Shown piece after piece: positions 9,416 to 20,106 of a stretch of 64,000 nt of DNA. Both the position numbers and the translations under genes were made by a program. How positions within the stretch are numbered: the stretch's first letter is position 1; the number at the start of each line of letters is the position of its first letter. Under the pieces are notes generated by a model. It ran no database searches, was not told the origin of the DNA, and saw only the letters and a program-made list of their open reading frames with translations. This DNA comes from an uncultured Thermococci archaeon (GTDB lineage Archaea; CAYQAE01; CAYVLA01): contig CAZJVP010000088.1 of the NCBI GenBank assembly GCA_964549615.1, positions 1 through 64,000 on the forward strand, given 5' to 3'.

Positions 9416-10807
9416 CTAGACGCTGGAGAATCTGGTGGCGCTGGCCTGCCTGTACAGTCTTCTTCGAAGCATTAGCATCCACATCATCACGCCTGAGGCC
9501 ATGACAGTCCCCGTGACCGCGAACCACTCCACAAGATACACCCAGGCAAGGGCCCTGTCCTTGGCCTTCGCAGCGTTGGCGTCCAACCTCGCCCACAACG
9601 CCTCCATCTCCTCAAATATCTGCGCGGCCGCATCGTATTCGTCTCGCCGGTATAGCTCTTCCGCCTTGCTCTCCCTGAGATTGATGGCCTCCAGGTCCCT
9701 GCGCAGGCTAAGTGTATTTGCCCCGTACGCCTCAACGAAGTCTAGCAGCGAGATCATCAGGGAAGCCTTGGCAGCGTGGAGGTTGATCTCGCCCCTCAAC
9801 CTGTGCGCCCTGTAAACGTCCTCGGGGATAGGCTTGTCCACGGCGAAGTACACGAGATAGATGAGGAAGTCCTGGTACCAAGCCCAGCCGCGCCGGATGC
9901 CATCGTGGACGGGTGTGGTGCCCATGCTTCCGAACACCTCGGTTTCGCCGACCACCTTTCCCTTCCCCGACCTCCAACAAGCCATCCAAGGAAACGCCGT
10001 ATCGCCGGACACGGCCTCGGCTATGGTGGTCGACCCCTCCTTTGGAGCCACCCTGTTCAGAAGCTCGATGGGGCTCGTCTCCCTCCAGGGGATTCGGGCA
10101 AGCGGGTGGTAGGGATCCGAAAAGGTGCGCTTGTAGGTGCCGGAGCCGGTGAACGGGTTATACCCGGGAAGCGAGGCGTAGGGCAGGATCGCGTCCAACA
10201 TCGTATCGCCCCATGACGGGTAGTCCCCCTCACCGCCGCCCCCCCACGATGCGTCGCCGCCCCACATGCCGAAGGACATCCCCTCATCCCTAACTCCCCT
10301 CACGAACCACGAAATCCATTTCGCGTCGAAGTGTATCACGGTCTCCACGTAATGGCCAACTGGCGCATCGTGCATGACGACGATGTCCCTCTCCGCGAGC
10401 ATCTGGTTCATCGTCCTAGGCATGTAGATCCTCATCCGCCTGTTGAGGTCGTCGGCATCGATATAGCCCTTGCCCATGGAGAATGTGTCCGGCATGGGGA
10501 CGCCAAGCACGTTTATCGACGGGTCGGCGTCCATCATTTTGTCGAACCTTGACCGGTAGCAGGCCCACCGAGATATGTAGAGCACGTCCACCCTCTCAGG
10601 ATCCCCCGCACCCAGCCCTATGCCCGATGAAGAGGGCGCGACAAGAAGGCAAAGGATGGACAACGCCCCAATCCAACCACTCTTCGTCGCGCCGCGGGAT
10701 CCCTGCGCATAGGCGGTCCTCGCCGAAGGCCTTCGTACGGCGGATCGGTCAATTGCATGAACCCGTGCGTCCCAAGATGGCATATCTGTCACCCGTCGTT
10801 TACCCAA
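9416..10807 (-). CDS. Family A secreted GATase-like/coiled-coil/TM protein (copy 2); true start probably later than the ORF start
   Basis: RIYMPRT, PKEGSTTIA, VEAYGAN, KDRALAWVYLVEW and RRRLYR motifs. Confidence 0.8.
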   Translation of the reverse strand: MGKRRVTDMPSWDARVHAIDRSAVRRPSARTAYAQGSRGATKSGWIGALSILCLLVAPSSSGIGLGAGDPERVDVLYISRWACYRSRFDKMMDADPSINVLGVPMPDTFSMGKGYIDADDLNRRMRIYMPRTMNQMLAERDIVVMHDAPVGHYVETVIHFDAKWISWFVRGVRDEGMSFGMWGGDASWGGGGEGDYPSWGDTMLDAILPYASLPGYNPFTGSGTYKRTFSDPYHPLARIPWRETSPIELLNRVAPKEGSTTIAEAVSGDTAFPWMACWRSGKGKVVGETEVFGSMGTTPVHDGIRRGWAWYQDFLIYLVYFAVDKPIPEDVYRAHRLRGEINLHAAKASLMISLLDFVEAYGANTLSLRRDLEAINLRESKAEELYRRDEYDAAAQIFEEMEALWARLDANAAKAKDRALAWVYLVEWFAVTGTVMASGVMMWMLMLRRRLYRQASATRFSSV

Positions 10808-11549
10808 AGATGGTGTCGAGGAACATCATGAGTGCAAAGCCTGCCATGAAACCCCACGTCGCCTCAAGCTCGTGTCCCTTCCGGTGGCTCTCCGGGATCA
10901 TCTCGTGGCTCACCACGAAAGCCATCGCGCCGCCCGCGAAGGCAAGCCCCGCAGGCAGGAGGGGCCGGGCCACCGCCACTATCGATACGCCGATCAGGCC
11001 TCCCACCGGCTCGACCATGCCGGTCAGGCCAGCGTACCACACGGCCTTAGACGCGCCGAGCCCTTCCCTGACCAACGGGAACGCCACCGCGGAGCCTTCA
11101 GGGATGTTCTGGAGCGCTATCGCGGTTGCGATTACGATGCCTGCCGCGATGTCCCCACCGCCAAAGCTCACCCCAACGGCAAGGCCCTCGGGAAAGTTGT
11201 GGATCGTGATGGCCAGGATGAGCAGGCTCACTCCCGAAAGATTCGAAGAAGGGCCGGCTGGCCCCTTGACGAGGTGGGCGTGGGGAACGTACCTGTCCAA
11301 GCCGTATACCATGACGCCTCCCATGAGGAAGCCGATCACCGCGACCGCGACGCCGCCCAGGCGTATGGCTGGAACCAAGAGGCTGAAGGCGGTCGCGGCC
11401 AGCATAACCCCAGCCGCAAAACCTAGCATCGTATCGAGGGTGCGGTGCGAGACCTCCTTTATGAACAGGACAGGCAGGGCGCCTAGGCTAGTCGCAAGGC
11501 CTGCTAAGAGGCTTGCGATCGCACCCAGCATAATGGGGCCGGCCGTCAC
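10800..11549 (-). CDS. ZIP family divalent metal transporter (ZupT/GufA-like)
   Basis: GFAAGVML, HNFPEGLAVG, QNIPEG and HEMIPE signatures; multiple TM helices. Confidence 0.93.
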   Translation of the reverse strand: MTAGPIMLGAIASLLAGLATSLGALPVLFIKEVSHRTLDTMLGFAAGVMLAATAFSLLVPAIRLGGVAVAVIGFLMGGVMVYGLDRYVPHAHLVKGPAGPSSNLSGVSLLILAITIHNFPEGLAVGVSFGGGDIAAGIVIATAIALQNIPEGSAVAFPLVREGLGASKAVWYAGLTGMVEPVGGLIGVSIVAVARPLLPAGLAFAGGAMAFVVSHEMIPESHRKGHELEATWGFMAGFALMMFLDTIFG

Positions 11550-12392
11550 GCGGCAGCTTGGAAACGCTGGGTTTATAACTTGCCCGATCCTGACCGAAGA
11601 GGAACCTTCCTCCCCAGCTGCCCGTCATCCTGGGCTTGGGCGGACGCCTTGCCATTCTTGCCGAACCCGATCCGAAGAACTAGTTTAGGCGCCAAGGGCA
11701 CCAGTCGGCCACGGCGCGAAAATTTCTCGGAACGTAGAAAGCTGGCGCATCCGTCATCGGTGCCCCGTGCCTAGTCTCTTGCGCTCCTTGCAAGGTTCTG
11801 GAACCTGCCAGCGCTGGAAGGTGCAAGGCATCGCTTTGGGCCGATGAGTCTCGTAGTGTCGCCCCCGCAGCCAAGACGGGCACATGAGGACACCTACCCC
11901 AGCGGCGCGCTCCCACCAAGGGCGATATCGAGAATCTGCTCGGGCAAGCCGAAGTTGCGCGTCCTGCGAATTCAAAGATTGCGTTCGCCCTGATCTAGGC
12001 CCTCATGCGCTCTGCGGCGGCTGGCACGGCTTTGCGAAAATCGATCACGGAGGCAGGGTCAATCCCCTCAAACACTTATCAAGCTACGGCGGTGACCGGC
12101 CAATCCGCACGGAGGCAAAAACTACCATATGGCGGCGCCTTGCCGCTGGAGGACAGCCGAAGCTGCAGGTCCCAAGTCCCAAACACACAGACGATGGGAT
12201 CCGAGCTCCGTCCCTGCCTTCATGAAGTCCTCAAGAGATGGCTCACGATTCCAAACAGCATCAAGCGGCAGAAGTGGCGTGTCCGAATGCCGTCTTTCCC
12301 TGGGCAACAAACTCTACTCGCTTCTTGGCCCGGACATCTACCGAACCTCACAGCGACAGCACAGCTCGTCTCATCGTAGGCGGGGTGAGTAG

Positions 12393-13439
12393 ATGGGACT
12401 ACGGTCGAGGCTTGCATTTGTTGCCGCGGCTCTCCTGATCGTTCTGCTGGTAAGCTATCTAGCGCAGAAGCGAAAGGCCACCCAAGAGCTCGCGCCGAGC
12501 GATTTCCCATCCTTGCCTGGCAGAGGATTTTTCATGGGGCTTCTTCCCACGCCGGCGCGCAACCAGACGTTTGCCGACGCCTATTTGCAGGCATCGGGGT
12601 GTTGCGATTTCGTGCCCCTGTGGGGCAGGCCAAGCCCCTTCTACGAACTCGCCAATGACATCTCCGGCCCCTGGGGTCGAACATTCTTGGACGAATACAT
12701 ACGACGCAACGGCATGTTCCCCCTGGTTCTCGTTTCCTTCATAGGCCAGAACATGACGCTCAGGACGCCTCCAGACATGCCTGGCTCCACCCTGAGTAGT
12801 GAGGAGTGGAGAAGGGCCTACCGAAAGGCAGTCCTGGATGTCGTCAGGACCGCAAAGCCCCCCTTCATCTGCATCGGGAATGAGGTGAACCGCTGGCATG
12901 AGAGGTACGGCGCAGCGCAGGGCGATCCCAACGGATTTCAAAACTACGTCACTCTGTACGAGGAGCTCTACGATGCGGTGAAGGCCATCTCCCCGCAAAC
13001 CAAGGTCTTCTGCACCTTCTCGCGGGAGATTGTCTCGGAGAATCGAGAGGCTAATCTGAGCGTACTGTCCATGTTCAGCGCTGGGAAAATGGATCTCCTT
13101 GTATTGACGTCCTATCCCTACGCGGTCAAAGGGATCAACAGGCCTTCTGACATTCCGGATGACTACTATCTCAAGGCAGCTGCATGCTTTCCGGGAAAGC
13201 CATTCGGGTTCACCGAGGTGGGTTGGGCAAGTCTGGAACCTTTCGGAGGCGAAAACGGCCAGGCGGACTTCTTAAAGGATCTAACCAGCAGGTTAACGCT
13301 GGATCGTGGATTGGACCTCACCCTCCTCGGATACGCATGGCTCCACGACCTGGATGACAAAGATGCAATCGGCTTGATCTACAGGAACGGCACCGCCAAG
13401 CTAGGATTTGAGGTCTGGCAGAAACTCTTCTCTTCATGA
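12393..13439 (+). CDS. Membrane-anchored clan GH-A-like glycoside hydrolase (TIM barrel)
   Basis: N-terminal TM; IGNEVN acid/base motif, TSYPY, FTEVGW nucleophile motif. Confidence 0.7.
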   Translation: MGLRSRLAFVAAALLIVLLVSYLAQKRKATQELAPSDFPSLPGRGFFMGLLPTPARNQTFADAYLQASGCCDFVPLWGRPSPFYELANDISGPWGRTFLDEYIRRNGMFPLVLVSFIGQNMTLRTPPDMPGSTLSSEEWRRAYRKAVLDVVRTAKPPFICIGNEVNRWHERYGAAQGDPNGFQNYVTLYEELYDAVKAISPQTKVFCTFSREIVSENREANLSVLSMFSAGKMDLLVLTSYPYAVKGINRPSDIPDDYYLKAAACFPGKPFGFTEVGWASLEPFGGENGQADFLKDLTSRLTLDRGLDLTLLGYAWLHDLDDKDAIGLIYRNGTAKLGFEVWQKLFSS

Positions 13440-13846
13440 CGTTCGGAGAGCCCTGTGCGCCCGCCTCGCGCGGCTTTTCTCGGCAAGCAGTAGTCACCTC
13501 GGATCCTTCGCGCGCCGGGCCAGGGAAGCCTCGTAGGGACACACATTCTGGGAATCAACCTGATGAGGTTCTCGCCTGAATCGCAGGATCACTAGCAAGC
13601 ACCGGATCCTGAGCTCGGAGTACTCGATCTCCAGGGATGGGGACCCAGTGAATCCGGGCAAAGGCCATCGCTTTCGTCCTTCTCCACCTTCGATGCCGCC
13701 GACCAAGACTCAGCCCACTTTAAACCTGGGAGAGCCTGATGGCCGATGGACCGAGAACCGGACTCTGGGCGGGACTCCATGGACTCGATACAGTTTTATC
13801 CCTAACTATCGCGGCCGTGTACGTGAGCGAACCTGCGGGCTGCAGT

Positions 13847-15076
13847 ATGCGAGCGACGATCCTTTTGCTCTCCATGCTAGCTATCTGGGCATTCCCGCCA
13901 CATGCATCGGGCGCGATCTGGGAGAAGGAGTTCCTGCTCATCGGCCAGGTATTTCCCCAGGAATGCCCGGTGCCGGGGTGGCTCGATCAGGAACCGATGC
14001 TCCGCTACACCGTGATACCGACCGATACCGACTCCATGGGCCTGACTGAAGAGGACTCCCGCAGATTCGTCAGGCAGTACTTCCCCCGTACCCAGAAGGA
14101 GTTCAATTCGAGATTCCAGTTCATAGTGATGCCGGACACCAAGATATCCCCCTTCACCGGACAGCAGATAATGTGGATGAAGGAGGGCATGGAGTCCCAC
14201 GGGATCGGGGGGTTCGTCACCGTCGGGGCGGACCTCGCCGGGGCCTACGAATGGCAATGGGTGAACTCCCCCCTCCACGACGTGCTCCCTTCAAGCCTCA
14301 AAGGGCATTACAGGGTGGGCTCAAGCTTCAAGATAGTCATACTGAAGGAGGATCCCCCTGTCCTCTCGATGTTCAGGCAGTACGGCATCGAGAACTTCAT
14401 CGGGAGCTGCCCCTGCTCGCGCAACTATCCCAAGGAAGGCTCCACCGTCTGGGCGGACGCCAAGTACCAAGGCGAGAGCCTCCAGTACCCTTGGCTGACC
14501 GAGTGGAAGCTCGGCACCTCGGGCGGGCACGTATGGGTCGCCTCCGATGACTTGGACCATCAGTGGTGGTGGCCGGGCGGGATGAGGTTCCAGTCCACGA
14601 ACCCCTACTCCGGGGACGTCTTCCTCAACATCATCTACTACTCGGTGGGCAGGGCTCTGCCGGACAACATCAACGTCGTCCATGCCCTGCGAAGGAGCCT
14701 GAGCCTCTACCAGACGCAGAGGCTGATGATCAGGGGCACGATGGACTGGGCAGAGAAGCTTGGAGCCAACGTGAAGAAAGCCGAGGTGGCGCTGGGGAAG
14801 GCCGAGGAGATCTACAAGACGGCCGTCGACCGGTACGCGTCGGGCGAATACGATGAGTCTGCCTCCTATCTTGAACAGGCAATCGCGGCCGCCGAAAGGG
14901 CCCAGGAGGTCGCATACAAGACGAAGGAGGAGGCCATGTTCTACATCTATGCCGTGGAGTGGCTCGTCACCACCGGGGTGCTCCTCCTCAGCGGCTCGGT
15001 GCTCTATTCCCTGATGGTAAGAAGGCGCCTGTATAAGGAGGTTGCCTCGACCGGATTCCGCCGGGCAGGAGAGTGA
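13847..15076 (+). CDS. Family A secreted GATase-like/coiled-coil/TM protein (copy 3), first gene of cassette copy 2
   Basis: ATG 13847 gives a signal peptide (MRATILLL...); closest paralog of 2199..3539 (FLLIGQVFPQxCPVPxWLD, DDLDHxWWWP, NPYxxDVFLNI). Confidence 0.85.
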   Translation: MRATILLLSMLAIWAFPPHASGAIWEKEFLLIGQVFPQECPVPGWLDQEPMLRYTVIPTDTDSMGLTEEDSRRFVRQYFPRTQKEFNSRFQFIVMPDTKISPFTGQQIMWMKEGMESHGIGGFVTVGADLAGAYEWQWVNSPLHDVLPSSLKGHYRVGSSFKIVILKEDPPVLSMFRQYGIENFIGSCPCSRNYPKEGSTVWADAKYQGESLQYPWLTEWKLGTSGGHVWVASDDLDHQWWWPGGMRFQSTNPYSGDVFLNIIYYSVGRALPDNINVVHALRRSLSLYQTQRLMIRGTMDWAEKLGANVKKAEVALGKAEEIYKTAVDRYASGEYDESASYLEQAIAAAERAQEVAYKTKEEAMFYIYAVEWLVTTGVLLLSGSVLYSLMVRRRLYKEVASTGFRRAGE

Positions 15077-15936
15077 GCAGGGTGGTCAGCATCCACGTCA
15101 AGCAGTACATTTCCCTGATTCTCCTAGTGTTGGTTGCCTCAACTGCATGGACGCTGACCACCTATATCTGGCGGGACAGGACGATCAGGCTTCTGGGCAT
15201 GCAGGGAACGGACACGCTATTTGCCGCCGCCCGGGGGGAGAGGATCCTGTCCGTCAAGGTCGCGCCGGAACGGAAGCTCGGGAGCTTAGAGTTCAGATTC
15301 AGATGCCTGATCGAACGCAGCCCGAAGGATGTCCCCATCATGTTGGAGAAGGCGGACACCGTGGACGAGCTGATCCAAGCATGCCGCCCGATCTCGGATC
15401 GTCTGGACTACTTCGCCACCATGGGCGCCGACGAGTATGTCGTTGTCCACGAAGTCTCCCCGCAGAACCTGAAAGGGCACAGGCTGGTGTTCATCGATTT
15501 CGGCCGCATCTACGCCTCGTTGTACACCCCGGAGCACAGCAACGAGTCCCTAACGACCTTCGCCTTTCTTCTGAACGGCACAAACCATCTCGTCGGCTAC
15601 TTCGAGGGGTATTCCGAGATCCTCGTCATGAGGGGGGCACTAGGCAGGTTGCTTGGGCGAGGCGAGATCCTAGACCTGGTCAGGGTTGAATCTGGAAAGG
15701 AGAGGGTCGATTACGTCCCCGAGCCGGGGCCGGGTGAGCTTTCGCTGGAGGAGCTACCGCCCTGGGGCCGGATAGAGTTCCAAGACGTCTCGTCGGATCA
15801 GTACGGCGTCACGATCGTGGTCAAGGAGGGGATGATCGGGGCGGAGAGACTGCTCTTTGTAGTCGAGACGTTCGCAGACGGAAACTGGTATGAAGACGCG
15901 TCAGGATACTGGGTCATCAAGACGAGGAGGATCTAG
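15073..15936 (+). CDS. Cassette gene B, copy 2
   Basis: Paralog of 1317..2189; 4-bp overlap with the upstream gene. Confidence 0.8.
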   Translation: MSRVVSIHVKQYISLILLVLVASTAWTLTTYIWRDRTIRLLGMQGTDTLFAAARGERILSVKVAPERKLGSLEFRFRCLIERSPKDVPIMLEKADTVDELIQACRPISDRLDYFATMGADEYVVVHEVSPQNLKGHRLVFIDFGRIYASLYTPEHSNESLTTFAFLLNGTNHLVGYFEGYSEILVMRGALGRLLGRGEILDLVRVESGKERVDYVPEPGPGELSLEELPPWGRIEFQDVSSDQYGVTIVVKEGMIGAERLLFVVETFADGNWYEDASGYWVIKTRRI

Positions 15937-16998
15937 ATGAGGGCACCTCGCCTTCTTACGGCGTTGCTGTTGGTCTCGCTCGGCTTTGCGCAGGCATCCT
16001 GCCAGGTCAAGCCTCTGGTGGTCATCGCGTGCTTCGATGGTCAGAAGTATCCCCCTGAGTTCTGCCCCAACTACTCGAAGGCCGTCCTTGAATTTGCACG
16101 TGAGGCGATCGGCGACGCATACGGGCCCGAGATCGAAGTTCGGACGGTCGGCGACTGGTTCTTCCTCTTGGACGTCCTGACGCTGCCCAACGTCATCGGC
16201 GGGCTTATTTCCCTCAGGGAAGGCCAGTTCCAGCTGTCGAAGATGCGGCAGGATGACCTGGTTGAAGCCTTCGGCAAGGGGCTGGGGCTGGTCGGCGTGA
16301 ACTTCATGGGATACTACTCCTCGATGGGTCGGGTTTCGGAAGTAGTCTTCCCTCTGAACGGAACCAAGACCGCGCCCGGGAAGGTCGTCAGGGGAACCTA
16401 CGTCACGGCACGGCACACACATGTCAAACTGGTTGACAACCCGGTGACGAGGAACCTGCCCGACACCATCAGCATTCCCGACTCGAGCCTGATTTACCAC
16501 CACCCCATATCCAAGGAGGGTTGGTGGACGCCCCCCGAGGGAAAGATGACCGTCCTTTACGCCTGCACGACCGCAAGCTCCGACGGGCAGGTCCCGTCGG
16601 TCGTGCTGTACGAGCGGGGCAAGGGGAGGTCGGTGACGCTGGCCGGCCTCAGGCACAACGATGCCACGGGGCTGTACCACAAGGACCTGGGCTGGTTCAA
16701 CCACTCCATCAGCCTGCCCGAGGTCAGGCAGCTGCTGGCGGACGCGCTGGTCTATGTCCTCGAGCCGTTTGCAAGCGCCGAACCGCTGAAGGCCAGGATG
16801 GAGGATAGCCTGCTCTTCGTCGAGGAGAGGCTTCAGAGCCTGAAGGCCGAGGTGGAGACTGCGAAGGACTCCGCCCGTCGGTTGAGGAACGAGTCCATGG
16901 CATCAACCCTCGTCGTAATCGCATTGTCGGGCCTGGCGGGGGTGGCCATAGTTTACTTTGGTTTCATCAAAACCACTCCCGGGCCTTCGGGGCGCTGA
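15937..16998 (+). CDS. Cassette gene C, copy 2 (ThuA/GATase-like, C-terminal TM)
   Basis: Paralog of 270..1313 (CFDGQxYP, VGDWxFLLDxLTxPNVIG, WWTPxEG, VPSVVxYER); starts directly after the upstream stop. Confidence 0.8.
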   Translation: MRAPRLLTALLLVSLGFAQASCQVKPLVVIACFDGQKYPPEFCPNYSKAVLEFAREAIGDAYGPEIEVRTVGDWFFLLDVLTLPNVIGGLISLREGQFQLSKMRQDDLVEAFGKGLGLVGVNFMGYYSSMGRVSEVVFPLNGTKTAPGKVVRGTYVTARHTHVKLVDNPVTRNLPDTISIPDSSLIYHHPISKEGWWTPPEGKMTVLYACTTASSDGQVPSVVLYERGKGRSVTLAGLRHNDATGLYHKDLGWFNHSISLPEVRQLLADALVYVLEPFASAEPLKARMEDSLLFVEERLQSLKAEVETAKDSARRLRNESMASTLVVIALSGLAGVAIVYFGFIKTTPGPSGR

Positions 16999-17657
16999 GT
17001 TGCGGTTGCTTCGCCGACCCTCTTGGACCCGGCACAGTTCCCACGTCGCCGCCGCGATGACGACCTCAGCCTTGTGATCGTTGTCGGGGTCCGGTGCACA
17101 GATGAAACGCAGGAGCTCATCTGCGACCTTCCACCTCTCCACGCCTTCAGCGGTGAAGCGCTAGAGGTCTCGAGCAGACGTGTGAGGAAGTGATATTTCG
17201 CGATTAAGGATTCCGGCAGCACTGCCAAGCCGGAGCGGCGCAGCATCCGGCGCCGATCTCCTCTTGTGTGGGGATTCGAGCAGCGAGGATCGACGCCTCC
17301 TCACATGACGAATTGTCTGCTCGGCGAGCAACCCAGCCCTCTTAGAGATTGCCTCACCGACCGGATTGGATGACCATGGCTCCGGCTAAGCGGACCCGCG
17401 TCATGCCCGAGCATGGGCATCACTCAGGTGTCCTCGTTGCCCCTGTCTGCATCCCTTTGCAAATCCCAGGCAGCGCCCAAGCATCGTTGCTGGCGAGAGG
17501 AGCTGCGCGATTCCTGCCTCACGGCGCCCGCCTGGCTTCAAAGCAGACCTACCCTTAACCCCCACGGGACAGGCCCATCGCCTTCGGAAACTCGCCGGAG
17601 AGTAAGATTTTTACGGAGGTAAGTCGAAAAAGGTTTGTAAGACGGCGGGGAGAATCC

Positions 17658-17906
17658 TTGCTGGAGGAATCAACGGTAACTTCAAAGCATCAGGTGACCA
17701 TTCCCAAGAGGATCCGGGAGAAGACCGGGATCGAAGTGGGTGATACCCTCCTTTTCGAGGCCAGAGGGGACCATGTGCTCGTCAGGAAGAAGGGCGTGAG
17801 CAAGCTCGCAGCCGTGCTCCCCCTGGCACAGCACGGCAAACTGGTTGCGGATGTACATGAATGGCGTGAGATCGCCAAGCGAAAGGCATTGAGGGATGCG
17901 GGTTGA
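17658..17906 (+). CDS. AbrB/MazE/SpoVT-family antitoxin
   Basis: VTSKHQVTIPKRIREKTGIEVGDTLLF signature; overlaps the PIN gene by 4 bp. Confidence 0.92.
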   Translation: MLEESTVTSKHQVTIPKRIREKTGIEVGDTLLFEARGDHVLVRKKGVSKLAAVLPLAQHGKLVADVHEWREIAKRKALRDAG

Positions 17907-18325
17907 GACTCTTCCTTGACGCGAACATCTTCCTCAGAGCCATCCTGGGTGACATGCCGGAGAAGGCCGGGGACTGCCTCAAGCTCTTCCAGCTAATAGA
18001 CGACAGGAAACACGAGGCATACACCTCCATGCTCGCGCTCAATGAGACCTTATGGGTTCTTGAGGGTCTGGAGGTGCCGGCGGAGGAAATAGCCGCAAGG
18101 ATACTCGCAATTGCCCGATCACGCGTAGAGATCCTGCCATCGGCGAACCGCGATTCGGTCGAGGAGGCGATGGAGCTCTACGGCAGACAGAGGGTTGACT
18201 TCCAGGATGCGCTGAACGCCATCACCGCCAGAAAGGCGGGCGTCGGCATGATCATCAGCTACGACAAGCATTTCGATCGTATCGAGTTCGTCGAAAGAAG
18301 GGAGCCTGACGAGGTCCTCGACTGA
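17903..18325 (+). CDS. vapC: PIN-domain (VapC) toxin
   Basis: LFLDANIF, E, DFQDAL and SYDKHFD acidic PIN motifs. Confidence 0.92.
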   Translation: MRLFLDANIFLRAILGDMPEKAGDCLKLFQLIDDRKHEAYTSMLALNETLWVLEGLEVPAEEIAARILAIARSRVEILPSANRDSVEEAMELYGRQRVDFQDALNAITARKAGVGMIISYDKHFDRIEFVERREPDEVLD

Positions 18326-18591
18326 ATCCTCCGGCCTGAAATAAGCTCTTGCTTCCCAGTGCCCTCGTGCACGAACTTCCGCTGGGTTCAAGAGCCTCTT
18401 CCCAAACTTGGTTCGCATTTCCTGAGATCGCGGCGGAAAGCATCAGACCTGATGTGAAAAGAGATACTTGTCTTCCTCGTCCACGAAGACCATGTCATCG
18501 CCCTCGCCAAACTAGCCCGGATTAAGCCCCTGGACGCCGAAGACTCGGGCAACGAAGTGCTTTCGGCCTTTGGCATCTTCCTCCTTTCACG

Positions 18592-19821
18592 CTACCATGC
18601 ACGATGCATCGTGCGCTGGGCCTTCGTGGCCTCCGCCTCCCTGTAGAGCTTGCGCTTCACCATGAGCGTCCAAAGGGCGAAGCCGCATCCCATACAGGTC
18701 GCGGCCACGACCAGGTACTCCGTAACGAAAACCCAGAGCAGTGCCCTGTCCCTAGCCCGCATCATGTCGTCGCCCATCGATTCGAACCGGCCCAGCAGGT
18801 CCTGCATGATCTCCAGGCTCTCACCAACCCTAAGGTCGACGTAGAGATCTTCGGCCTCCTCGTGGTCGGCATCCATCTCGCCGATGCGCTGCTCGAACGC
18901 AGAGGGGTTTGCGCCGAACTTCTCGATGAACCCGAGGACCAGCAGGGCCATGGCCTTCTCCTCCCTATAACGTATGAACGCGACCCGCGCTCTGTGGACC
19001 AGCTCAAGGTCGTCAGGAAACCTCGAGTCGGCCACGAAGGTGAGGTGGTTGAAGATGTAGTCGGGGAAGTATACCCACTGACGCTTCGTGTCCTCAGGGA
19101 TCGTGTCCCACCCGTGGTCGGGCTGGACGACCATGCCCTCGCCGTACCGCCGGCTCAGCAGGGCCGGCGTTCCCCTATCCCTCCACACAGCCCATACCGT
19201 CGTCCCAGCCCTTGCTGCAAGATCGCCGTGCGCACCCCAGTTCATGTTCCACCTCTCAACTCCCGGCAAGGCGAGGAGTGGACCCTCCTGCACTACCCGG
19301 TAGTACTGGCGTCCCATGGCCGCGTCTATCTGGTTGGGCACCAGATCGCCGGCGAACACCTGGTAGAACTTCACCTCCGGCCATAAGTTCATCCCGGAGT
19401 AAGTCGCGGCCCTGTTCGCGAACTCGATCAGGCACAGCCCGATGCCCTCCTCCACGCCCCTCTGGAACCAGTCAAGATGCGATGGCGGCAGGACCTCTGG
19501 GCTGAAATCGTGGAATACCAGCACATCCGTCCCCTCGTAGAGGCTGTCGTAGGACCTCGGAAGGTAGATGCGGGCAAACCTCTTAGCGTCCCCCGTGCTC
19601 AGGTACTGGAGGCAGCATGGCACCGCCCGTGAGAGCACGAATCGGGGCTCGGCCGATATGAGATCGAGCGCTATCTGGTTGTTGGCGCAGATCTCTCCCA
19701 CCCATATCACCCTGGATCTTCCCGTGGAGGGATCGGTCCTGGCGACGAGACCTTGAGGGCTTGCCAAAACGAACAGAAGAACCGCCAGCAGTTTAGGACC
19801 TTTCATGCCCATCTTCGCCAA
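18592..19821 (-). CDS. Family A secreted GATase-like/coiled-coil/TM protein (copy 4)
   Basis: RIYLPRS, IEKFGAN, RDRALLWVFVTEY and KRKLYRE motifs. Confidence 0.82.
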   Translation of the reverse strand: MAKMGMKGPKLLAVLLFVLASPQGLVARTDPSTGRSRVIWVGEICANNQIALDLISAEPRFVLSRAVPCCLQYLSTGDAKRFARIYLPRSYDSLYEGTDVLVFHDFSPEVLPPSHLDWFQRGVEEGIGLCLIEFANRAATYSGMNLWPEVKFYQVFAGDLVPNQIDAAMGRQYYRVVQEGPLLALPGVERWNMNWGAHGDLAARAGTTVWAVWRDRGTPALLSRRYGEGMVVQPDHGWDTIPEDTKRQWVYFPDYIFNHLTFVADSRFPDDLELVHRARVAFIRYREEKAMALLVLGFIEKFGANPSAFEQRIGEMDADHEEAEDLYVDLRVGESLEIMQDLLGRFESMGDDMMRARDRALLWVFVTEYLVVAATCMGCGFALWTLMVKRKLYREAEATKAQRTMHRAW

Positions 19822-20106
19822 TCCATGCGTCTAGTCGCGTTGCCTATGCAGCAAGGGTACAACATCAAGAACGGATGCTAGCCTCGGCAGAGGCCTCCAC
19901 TTCATAGCCCCGACCCCGCAAGGACTTCCATATAAAAGTCATCCATAGCACTGCGAAGGCGCTCGCTCGACCGGACGACTTACCTTCCGGCCGAGTCACC
20001 TCTTCGAAACGGCCCGCGGTGCCTACCGCCGCATCCGCTGAATAACCGCGCCACGACGCCACCCAGTGCGCCGCGGGCTCGGAAATGGCCGGGAGACCCA
20101 AGTCCC

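Noticed and set aside
11550-12392. 840-bp gap with a TATA-like AAACACTTATC, a CACGGAGGCA direct repeat and an 87-aa ORF (12129..12392) abutting the glycoside hydrolase
   Set aside because: Protein composition looks non-coding and has no motif; a 10-bp repeat is within chance
18450-18560. Minus-strand fragment FGEGDDMVFVDEEDKYLF resembling an AbrB remnant
   Set aside because: Too short and interrupted by a stop to call
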